Under the pieces are notes generated by a model, which worked only from the letters and a program-made list of their open reading frames with translations, did no database searches and was not told the origin of the DNA. Source: a virus. Taken from it: DNA of 64,000 nucleotides. Positions 17,701 through 24,207 of the stretch are shown one piece after another (the first letter of the stretch is position 1; each line of letters starts with the position of its first letter). The stretch is taken from positions 32,001 to 96,000 of the IMG/VR virus record IMGVR_UViG_3300030419_007131, one strand, 5' to 3'. A program made the translations under genes and the position numbers.

Positions 17701-19011
17701 TACCAGATTCATTAAAGATGCCGAAAGTGTTGTCAGTTCTCCAACCGACCCAGTATAGGACCCTGTGAGAGTGGTACCATTAAAAGTAAGATTAGAAGAT
17801 CCGGCAAAAGAGCCTGCGCTGTTAAACTGTATCTGCGTGGTGGCGCCGGCAGGCGAAGTTGTGATGCCGCTTAAATTTGATCCATCGCCGTAAAATGCAG
17901 AAGCCGATATATTCACCGATGCCGACACAGATCCGCTTACTGAAACCTGATGATCTGGGGCTGACGTACCTCCGATGGCTAAGCTGCTCGTTACATATGC
18001 TTGACTCCCATTAATGGTGGTGAAGATGCCATCGCCACCAACACTGGCTGCCGAGGAGGTGACAATAAAATTGTTGTTGGCATCAAGGGCTAGGTAGCTT
18101 GCGGGGCCACCCATGGAGCCCGAAGTTGGAACTAGGTTAAAAGCAGACGCCGACAAGATACCGGTTTGAACGCCCACAGAGGATGAAACAGTGCCCGAAA
18201 CATTCAGGGCGCTGCTTCCTGTTAAAAACACCACATTAGCACTGCCACTAAAACTACCGGCACCAACTTGAAACTGCAGCGAGCCAGTTGGGCCCACAGC
18301 ATTTTGCCCCGAAGCAGCGATTGTCAGGCTGCCACCAGCACCCCCATCGGTTAGGGTGATTCCCGTCCCGGCAGCGAGCTTTCGTTCATTAGGAAGCTGT
18401 GTATCGTTGGTAACAGTTATATAGGTCGCTGCCAGAGGCGGGTAAGGAGCAGCACGGGGAGCGGGGGCCGTGCCCTCTCCCGCCACAGTGGCGCGCTCCG
18501 TTGGTCGAGTAAGCGCAGGGGTCACCCTAAAGGCACCCTCTCTGGCACGAACGCACTCGGCACTTATCTGAAACTTATGTTCTACCTGGCCAAAATAGAA
18601 ACGCGTATCATTATAGGTTCGAACAATCTCATAAAACAAATCGCCGTACTGCACAAAATCGCCGACACGGACATACAAGTCCTGATCTTCTACTAGGCGC
18701 CGACGATTAAAATTAACTGTGAGTTTTGTTTGGTACTCATAACCATAACGATCGTTATTTTGTTCGTTTTCAACTTCAACAAATGCATATACGCGAATAG
18801 GGGGCAGAGAAACCTTTTCAACTGCCTCACCATATGTATCGTTAAAATTAGAATCTTTTATGCTTATGGGATAATAAGCAATAGGTTGCCCAATTACTCG
18901 TTCTGCAAGCTCATCATTGATTTGCTTAACAAGGTTGCGCTCTTTCTCTCCAAAGAACATTGGAGCCGGTGGCGCTGCGGGTCTTTCCCACTTATTTTTT
19001 GGGTTTGCCAT
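14752..19011 (-). CDS. Head-closure (gp14-like) domain fused to a ~1250-aa fibre-like extension
   Basis: First ~163 aa are ~78% identical (manual alignment) to 19026..19541, followed by a P/A linker and repeated fibre modules. Confidence 0.8.
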   Translation of the reverse strand: MANPKNKWERPAAPPAPMFFGEKERNLVKQINDELAERVIGQPIAYYPISIKDSNFNDTYGEAVEKVSLPPIRVYAFVEVENEQNNDRYGYEYQTKLTVNFNRRRLVEDQDLYVRVGDFVQYGDLFYEIVRTYNDTRFYFGQVEHKFQISAECVRAREGAFRVTPALTRPTERATVAGEGTAPAPRAAPYPPLAATYITVTNDTQLPNERKLAAGTGITLTDGGAGGSLTIAASGQNAVGPTGSLQFQVGAGSFSGSANVVFLTGSSALNVSGTVSSSVGVQTGILSASAFNLVPTSGSMGGPASYLALDANNNFIVTSSAASVGGDGIFTTINGSQAYVTSSLAIGGTSAPDHQVSVSGSVSASVNISASAFYGDGSNLSGITTSPAGATTQIQFNSAGSFAGSSNLTFNGTTLTGSYTGSVGELTTLSASLMNLVPTSGSMGGPGSYLALDANNNFIVTSSTGGGVGGIFTTINGSQAYVTSSLAIGGTSAPDHEVSVSGSMSASVNISASAFYGDGSNLSGITTSAAGATTQLQYNSAGAFAGSANLTFNGTTLTGSYTGSLAEVSTLSASAVNLSVASGTLAGPGSYLSLDVNNNVVLSPGDGATTSPGGANTQIQFNNAGAFGGSSNLTFDGSNFAVVGTVSGSSTLQVVGAATLGSTLTVSGAISGASSVDASSAAFDSMELMGGDFATNRILYMSSNDVTSNAGLTFDGSNFGVVGTMSGSSTLEVVGAAILGSTLTVSGAISSSAAVDGDTAAFNSMELLGSDFSNNQILYMNSNDVISNAGLAFDGSVFNVTGRITASSTVSASSYHGGGDALTGLTIGAAEDSSYADGLFTDFAVTTPVGTAVDRFNEILKALSPGPAPNLDDIDCNDSGASAELSFGSSQSISGYTNVGTDAGFSAVDINGTYSTSTSSNNLRRGTFNGSTVINGDLNEDVSADGVNYPANSFGDADLGNLVLEVNGSTLHTASMTDPAVGTGVPGSGTGTQLNGNGSGFYDLSQTGSAEFTDGTELDLFQHRTGKYKVVAADQREGWNYLRVVHTSSTFDRTTNFVAWVNDSNSNALAASNSALDTLSMSGDTRISGVKYHTAGTAQYRTDVSNAYRNVYTSTNISYTVTNGSIPSQAMPSISVGSEDETKILQLTGSLTIDTTSILDSSIAAGVNVAHPLKSNLSNGGSQSISGILAYNRANTSTTTSETFRREDYRVISGSLSSYAAQTDVTSSSNAWNSTSSLLTNDGLLYYNQRLYSPIDSDIPNSGDFSAVSNGPSSNVDYSGISGVRTLFRYFTNTGAASQTNFELTFTGDSSTRIVPATTALSSTNIHVFVKLPTTSTGKATGWLDLGSATASDPAQLGDFDGAYVGTPPAGGLEINSDTHEGTFVTQTVEQNENIVIKIVADAAWTGYISALSISWGSS
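17280..18130. repeat. Intragenic tandem duplication with a ~426 bp (142 aa) period
   Basis: GIFTTINGSQAYVTSSLAIGGTSAPDH.VSVSGS.SASVNISASAFYGDGSNLSGITTS occurs twice (for example 17461 vs 17887). Confidence 0.85.
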
Positions 19012-19025
19012 TCATTCGATCTCCG

Positions 19026-19541
19026 TCATTCATCCCGAGTAAGCTGACGCTTAACTCGAAATGATCCTTGGCGTGCACGAATGCATTCAGCACTCACCTG
19101 AAACTTGTGTTCCACTTGACCAAAATAGAACCTAGTATCATTATAGGTTTTAACTATTTCGTAAAAAAGATCACCATATTGAATAAAGTCCCCCACGCGT
19201 ACATAAAGGTCTTGATCATCAACAAGCCTTTTGCGATTAAAATTTACTGTGAGCTTTGATTGATACTCATAGCCATATCGCTCATTAGTTTGTTCACTGT
19301 CGACAATGACATATGCAAAAACGCGAATCGGTGGTAATGTAACCTTATCAATGGCCTCACCATATGTGGTGTTGAATTGTGTGTCTTTGACACTGATCGA
19401 ATAATATGCAACAGGCTGTCCCACCACCCTCTCGGATAGTTCATCATTAACTTGTTTTACCAAGTCGCGCTCTTTTTTACCAAAGAAAAGAGGAGGCGGA
19501 GGTGCATCTGGCTGGTCCCATTTATTTTTTGGATTTGCCAC
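19026..19541 (-). CDS. Neck / head-closure protein (T4 gp14-like)
   Basis: GQPVAYY..YGEA..K....P.RV.A; DLYVRVGDFIQYGD.FYEIV; position in the head-neck module. Confidence 0.75.
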   Translation of the reverse strand: MANPKNKWDQPDAPPPPLFFGKKERDLVKQVNDELSERVVGQPVAYYSISVKDTQFNTTYGEAIDKVTLPPIRVFAYVIVDSEQTNERYGYEYQSKLTVNFNRKRLVDDQDLYVRVGDFIQYGDLFYEIVKTYNDTRFYFGQVEHKFQVSAECIRARQGSFRVKRQLTRDE

Positions 19542-19579
19542 TCACGTACCCTCCGATAAAAGGATTTAGTATATCCTCC

Positions 19580-19978
19580 TTAGCCTACCACTGCGTGTAT
19601 AGACCCTGACCAATTAGATCCGGATGGTGATAAAGACGGATTATTAATGTAAGTCATGTCAATACCGGTCAGCCCCGCCATCACATCGACCAAGGTGCCG
19701 CCAGAAAGATATAGCTCGGTTACTTTAACCTTATAAATCTGACTTTCATCGGCGTCAAGAAGGATATAGTTATTCCCAACTACACCATTGGACGAAAAGC
19801 CAACCCTACAGTCAGCGGTACTGCCTATGTTGCTCACTATAACCCACTGAGTCACAGAGGGAAAACTTATTTTTATCGGTCCATGAACCGCGTTGATACC
19901 GCCGCTGACAAAAGGAATGCCAGACGATTGATACGCCGCCACACTTCCTAGTCCTGGTTTATAATTATAAGTCGCCAT
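19580..19978 (-). CDS. Small virion structural protein (132 aa)
   Basis: Beta-strand-rich, GGAG SD, CTATTTA motif at 19997-20003 upstream. Confidence 0.6.
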   Translation of the reverse strand: MATYNYKPGLGSVAAYQSSGIPFVSGGINAVHGPIKISFPSVTQWVIVSNIGSTADCRVGFSSNGVVGNNYILLDADESQIYKVKVTELYLSGGTLVDVMAGLTGIDMTYINNPSLSPSGSNWSGSIHAVVG

Positions 19979-19996
19979 AGTTTTATCTCCGTCTAA

Positions 19997-20003
19997 TAAA
20001 TAG
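19997..20003 (-). promoter_or_regulatory. Putative late promoter motif CTATTTA
   Basis: Intergenic, 18 nt upstream of ATG 19978. Confidence 0.6.
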
Positions 20004-20019
20004 CACAGTATAAACTGTT

Positions 20020-20241
20020 TTATCTAAACAATTTGTTATCCTTTTTTCTTTGAAGCTTTTGCGCTTCGCGTTTTGCTTTCTCTCTTTTCATTTTCCTGCG
20101 CACCGAGGGCTTAATAAAATGATCCGTGCGCGCTCTATAAGTTTCAATAACTTTAGCTTTTTTGCACTTTTTAATGAATCGCCTTATCAGTCTTTCTGAC
20201 GTTTCGCCTCGTCGCAAATCTACTCTGATGTTTGTGGCCAC
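20020..20241 (-). CDS. rpsU: Phage-encoded 30S ribosomal protein bS21
   Basis: 73 aa and very basic; V.LRRGETSERLIRRFIKKCKKAKVIETYRAR.DHFIKPSVRRK matches the bS21 pattern (E..E.ALRRFK.K.....I..E.R.R..(Y/F).KPS..RK). Confidence 0.88.
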   Translation of the reverse strand: MATNIRVDLRRGETSERLIRRFIKKCKKAKVIETYRARTDHFIKPSVRRKMKREKAKREAQKLQRKKDNKLFR

Positions 20242-20248
20242 ACTGCAC

Positions 20249-20692
20249 CTACTTTCCTTCTTTTACGTCGCTCATGTGAGCATTCCAGTTTCTACCAACT
20301 GACCCAAATAGCTTGCCTATATCAACGCCCGGATCAGTGGGTGCTTGACCCGCAAGGGGAGCTGCCATTTGTTGTGGTGATGTTTCGGATGCCGCGGGCA
20401 TCGTTCCCTCAAAAAGGTCGACACCATTATAGGCGCTGGTTCCGATTGCTGACATAAGCTTGTTTTTGTGCTCTTGTAATTTCGTTTTTTGTTGGTTGTT
20501 AAACGCATTCTCAGTCATACGCGTGGCCACTGGGTCCGTCGCGACCGGGGCGGCGGTTTCGGTAACCGGATCAGCTATTCCACGCGCCACCTCTCTAACT
20601 ATCCCCGACAAAACCCCATCTTCAAGAATGGCCTCTTTGACACACTCTTTTATAAGGGGCTTCAGGATATTCTTTAGTTCTGCTTTTTTCAT
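20249..20692 (-). CDS. Hypothetical prohead-associated protein with an amphipathic leader
   Basis: MKKAELKNILKPLIKECVKEAILE leader with I/L-x-E sites; follows the protease gene. Confidence 0.6.
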   Translation of the reverse strand: MKKAELKNILKPLIKECVKEAILEDGVLSGIVREVARGIADPVTETAAPVATDPVATRMTENAFNNQQKTKLQEHKNKLMSAIGTSAYNGVDLFEGTMPAASETSPQQMAAPLAGQAPTDPGVDIGKLFGSVGRNWNAHMSDVKEGK

Positions 20693-20704
20693 TTAAACCT
20701 CGTA

Positions 20705-21301
20705 TTATTCTAAAATACTATCGATCAAAGATATGATTCGATTATTTTTAAGTACTTCCTTATCTCTCAGCTTGCCTTCCTGCAGGGCCATAAATGCATT
20801 TGGCGTCGAAGGTTCTGACACAATGTCAAAACAAATTAACTGAAAATCATCTTCAACGATTGTCTTACCCATTTGCTCACGAACCGACCCCATTCCTCGC
20901 GACGAGATGCCAGTCTTAACTCCACACTCCACCAAAGATCGTAGAATCTGTCCCGAAGGGGTATTAAGAACCTTAATCTTTCCCATCACTGCGGGGCCTT
21001 CCATCCATACCTCGGTAACCATATGTGACACATTGGCAAGATTGATAATCGAAGAGTCCGGGTGGTCTAGTTCTCCCAAAGCACGGTTGTCTTCAACCAT
21101 TGCTGCGTACTTCGTAACTTCGCGTTCCATAATAGCATGCGGATAGATACGACCATTGCCGTTCTGAACGTCCGACTCTTGTAACTTGCCCGTAAGCATC
21201 ATGCCGCCCTCTTTTACAAATTTCTTTTCGGCTTCCGTCAGCAGGTCCTGACAGACACCACCTTCGCATAGTTCATAAAATTCTCGTAGTAGCTGTGCCA
21301 T
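20705..21301 (-). CDS. Prohead core protease (T4 gp21-like)
   Basis: NGNGRIYP, ALGELDHP, VSH, TPSG.IL, GISSRGMGS, FDIVSEPSTPNAF. Confidence 0.95.
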   Translation of the reverse strand: MAQLLREFYELCEGGVCQDLLTEAEKKFVKEGGMMLTGKLQESDVQNGNGRIYPHAIMEREVTKYAAMVEDNRALGELDHPDSSIINLANVSHMVTEVWMEGPAVMGKIKVLNTPSGQILRSLVECGVKTGISSRGMGSVREQMGKTIVEDDFQLICFDIVSEPSTPNAFMALQEGKLRDKEVLKNNRIISLIDSILE

Positions 21302-21304
21302 TGT

Positions 21305-21910
21305 TTATTCCTCGAAGCGGCTTACAGGAACCATCTCTGCCAGATCATTTAGCGTGGTCTGTATATTCTCGACCGAATTATTTATCTTGCGAAGTTCGGT
21401 CCAGATATCCACCCCCGCATCGATGTTGCTCGGTATAGCTCGGACAGGCTTTGAGGCACGGGCGAGGCTCTCGTTTATTGCGTCCACGGATGACTGGATC
21501 AATTCTATAGAGTCCGTCATGCCGCGTACCAAGTGTGGAGATGCTGCATCAAGTTTATGATCCAAATACGGAGTATCTAAATAGGGTGTGTGCCTCATCG
21601 GATGGTCGGGGTGCCCTTTCAGCGGTTTGCCGCGGCGGGCCTCTTCCAACGGGACTTCGTCTTCCGGGTCGGGGCCCATGGCCTGGTCAATAGCATCGCG
21701 TGCGGCAGCCATACCTGCGCCAAAAGCTTCTTCAGGTGAAAGTTGGCTGATGTCGTCAACGTGCACTTCCATACCGGGAGCACTAATATCAATTGCTTCG
21801 TCCCCTTCTTCGGCGTGAGGGCAGCCCTCCTCCAGCTCTTCGTCGTGATCTACTGTCTCGTGCAAGAAGTACCTGGGGTCTATTCTTTTTACATTTTTTC
21901 TGCGTGCCAT
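21305..21910 (-). CDS. Hypothetical acidic head-associated protein (likely start ATG 21910; frame open up to 21955)
   Basis: MARRKNVKRIDPRYFLHE..., acidic, several L/I-x-E sites, C-terminal coiled coil. Confidence 0.6.
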   Translation of the reverse strand: MARRKNVKRIDPRYFLHETVDHDEELEEGCPHAEEGDEAIDISAPGMEVHVDDISQLSPEEAFGAGMAAARDAIDQAMGPDPEDEVPLEEARRGKPLKGHPDHPMRHTPYLDTPYLDHKLDAASPHLVRGMTDSIELIQSSVDAINESLARASKPVRAIPSNIDAGVDIWTELRKINNSVENIQTTLNDLAEMVPVSRFEE

Positions 21911-21935
21911 TGTTTTAATTCCCTTAAAGTTTAAC

Positions 21936-21955
21936 GTGGGGCCTTTCGGCCCCAC
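21936..21955 (-). promoter_or_regulatory. GC-rich hairpin GTGGGGCC-GAAA-GGCCCCAC directly after a UAG stop
   Basis: Perfect 8-bp stem with a GNRA loop and no adjacent U-tract. Confidence 0.7.
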
Positions 21956-22012
21956 CTAAAGTATGCTACCTGAGCAGCACCTACGAACTGGTTGGATCAT
22001 CCATTTTGTCAT
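21956..22012 (-). CDS. Small ORF, 18 aa: MTKWMIQPVRRCCSGSIL
   Basis: Near-perfect SD AGGAGGTG 6 nt before the ATG; overlaps the 3' end of the upstream membrane-protein gene; below the ORF track size cutoff. Confidence 0.65.
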   Translation of the reverse strand: MTKWMIQPVRRCCSGSIL

Positions 22013-22328
22013 GATTCTCACCTCCTTTATGGACCACTCGGATCCCGTAATCCTCTACCAACATACTCAAAAAGTATGAGGTTCCAGCACTAATGCAACC
22101 GCACATAAACGCCGTCATGGGCTGATTGCTAAAACTAAATAGTTCTGTATAGGGACTTATGCCCCACAGAAACACGCCAACCCAAAATCCCATGCACAAA
22201 TGGCAGTGGAATAAACGGCCAAAGCCGCCCATTGATTTACAGGGTGGCCGGATCTTATTAAAAATGTGTCCGTGTATAATAATAAATGTCATGCCGTATG
22301 CGGCAAGTATAAAATGTAGTAATTCCAT
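21981..22328 (-). CDS. Small membrane protein with CxxC (DUF1360-like)
   Basis: Three hydrophobic segments; LFHCHLCMGFWVG resembles the DUF1360 L..C.WC.G.W motif. Confidence 0.6.
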   Translation of the reverse strand: MELLHFILAAYGMTFIIIHGHIFNKIRPPCKSMGGFGRLFHCHLCMGFWVGVFLWGISPYTELFSFSNQPMTAFMCGCISAGTSYFLSMLVEDYGIRVVHKGGENHDKMDDPTSS

Positions 22329-22341
22329 TAATCCTTCTTTC

Positions 22342-22896
22342 TTATTTAAAGTAACCGGTGCTTCCGAGGATCATGTGGTAATTTAGATCGACTGCGGTTG
22401 GGCTCGCAGGCTCCAAGTTTTTTGGCACCTCGGCATCTGCGGGATAAGCTGTTACGTACCCGGTATCGGGAAAAACAAAAAATACATAATCTGTTTTCCA
22501 AGATTTGGAAGAATCCGTGCCTTCTTTTTTATCCTTTTTTTGAATCCTAGACCCAAGGATGCCCCAGTTAGAAACCCCATTGGCATCCGTGAGACTTTCA
22601 CTTTCTTTGGCTTGATCAACTTGCACCGGAGTATTGTCTACCGGCGCATCTGATGCGTGAGCCGGCGGTGCCATGGCGCCCGTCGCAACACTTAAAGCAA
22701 CAGCAAGGGGAAGTGCTTTTTGTGTGACTTGCTTGCGAACCCAGGCCGCCTTTTTTGGCCCAACGAAGTTAACAATTCGATCCCACAGCTCGCCTTCGGT
22801 AATCTGTCCGGACTCATAAAGCAGACAAATATCCTGTGCTTCGGTTAAAAGTTGGTACTTTCTCCAGCCTTCCATCATCAGCTTCATCTCGGACAC
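22342..22896 (-). CDS. Hypothetical protein with a capsid-leader-like N-terminus and an internal signal peptide
   Basis: MKLMMEGWRKYQLLTEA leader, then basic, hydrophobic and AHA segments at aa ~48-81. Confidence 0.6.
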   Translation of the reverse strand: MSEMKLMMEGWRKYQLLTEAQDICLLYESGQITEGELWDRIVNFVGPKKAAWVRKQVTQKALPLAVALSVATGAMAPPAHASDAPVDNTPVQVDQAKESESLTDANGVSNWGILGSRIQKKDKKEGTDSSKSWKTDYVFFVFPDTGYVTAYPADAEVPKNLEPASPTAVDLNYHMILGSTGYFK

Positions 22897-23402
22897 TAGT
22901 ATCGGTTCCTCAGTGGGTAGTAGTAGTAACCCGGTCGCATCGAGCCCTTCTCAGCAGACTGTGGAACTTCGCCGTACTCGGTGGAGTTGCGGTCGGATGG
23001 GTGGGTGTACATGTCTTCGAGTTCTTTCTCGTACTGATCGGCAATACGCTCATGCTGTGCTTCAGTAGTAATAAATTCTGATATAACATATACAGCAGCC
23101 TGGAGCGGATTAACTTGAGAGTTCTCATAAACCTCGCCCTCTAGAGAACGAAAAATATGACCTCCTTGGATACTCTGGCGATCCACAACTCCCCGATCGG
23201 ATAAAAGCTCCAGTAATCTATTTTGATATTCATAGACATCTTCGGTGGTAGTACTCTTGGGAAACGTACTAATTTTCATCTTTTCAGGACGCACCACAAT
23301 GTCAATTTTTTGGTGGTCCATGATCAACAAAGAGCCATCCAGCGCTTTGCGCGCATGCAGCTCAACAGTTGCCTGTGGACCGCCGATCTTAATCTTAATC
23401 AT
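22896..23402 (-). CDS. Hypothetical head-module protein
   Basis: MIKIKIGG start overlaps the upstream stop; tightly packed with neighbours. Confidence 0.6.
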   Translation of the reverse strand: MIKIKIGGPQATVELHARKALDGSLLIMDHQKIDIVVRPEKMKISTFPKSTTTEDVYEYQNRLLELLSDRGVVDRQSIQGGHIFRSLEGEVYENSQVNPLQAAVYVISEFITTEAQHERIADQYEKELEDMYTHPSDRNSTEYGEVPQSAEKGSMRPGYYYYPLRNRY

Positions 23403-24207
23403 TGATCGCAACCTCTTGGGCCAACTCTTGAGTCTTCAGTACCTTGTTGAGATCTTCGTCAGAAAAATCCCTTTTCCGAAATTCTTCCAAGTATTCCAGG
23501 ACACTATTCAGCTTTTCTTCTAAAAGCGGGGCGTCGGATGTCTCTGCGGCGGCGCCAATCTTTCCCTTTAGGCGCGCCAATTCCTCATTAAGATAAGCGC
23601 GCAGTTCAAGACCCTCGTCAGCAAAGCTTGTAATATAACGATTGAGAAGGTCCTTTTGTTCCTGCAAAAGCGCTTCATACTTATTATTAAACTTCTTGAT
23701 AAACGAGTTATAAGTGATATTGTCTATGGGCGCCATGTGGAGTGTTTCGTTTATTGATTGTTTTGAACTCATGCCATCGACAATAGATTGTTCGAATAAA
23801 ACCTTTTTCTTTACTGGGGTGTTCTTGCTGAAGATAGCATTCACCGAGGCAAGACTCTTAAAGTTGGGAACAAAATTAGCCCAGACCGTCTTGCCTAAGT
23901 TCTTATTAATAACTGCGATGGCCTCAGATTGTGCCGCAAAAATATTGTCATGGTCTAGCCGTTGATGGCTAGCTTTCGTCTCTTGTAGTAGTCTTTCTGC
24001 CACCGGCGCATGCAAACGCTTTGTTTCTAGCAACACGCGATAAAGTTGTAGCTCTTCAGCCAACACACTTCCTTTATTAAAAAACTGTTTGATAATGGCT
24101 ACAACTTTTTGTTTCCGAGATGAATCCTTTTTGATGATAGCTTGTGTCAGCTCGTGGGTAAGGGTTTCATAAATAAAAGCTGTGTTTCTTTTTTTGTTAT
24201 GCTTCAT
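23395..24207 (-). CDS. Hypothetical prohead core-like helical protein
   Basis: Likely start MKHNKKRNT at 24207; helical with L-x-E sites; directly downstream of portal; CTATTTA at 24294-24300. Confidence 0.6.
   Translation of the reverse strand: MKHNKKRNTAFIYETLTHELTQAIIKKDSSRKQKVVAIIKQFFNKGSVLAEELQLYRVLLETKRLHAPVAERLLQETKASHQRLDHDNIFAAQSEAIAVINKNLGKTVWANFVPNFKSLASVNAIFSKNTPVKKKVLFEQSIVDGMSSKQSINETLHMAPIDNITYNSFIKKFNNKYEALLQEQKDLLNRYITSFADEGLELRAYLNEELARLKGKIGAAAETSDAPLLEEKLNSVLEYLEEFRKRDFSDEDLNKVLKTQELAQEVAIND

Noticed and set aside
12523-18130. Direct repeats considered as a CRISPR array or DGR template/variable repeats
   Set aside because: They are in-frame coding duplications with mostly synonymous differences; no spacers, adenine-specific changes or reverse transcriptase.
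21578-21584. Intragenic CTATTTA copies (also 7802-7808)
   Set aside because: They lie about 200-280 nt from the next start inside coding sequence, and a 7-mer will occur by chance several times in 64 kb.
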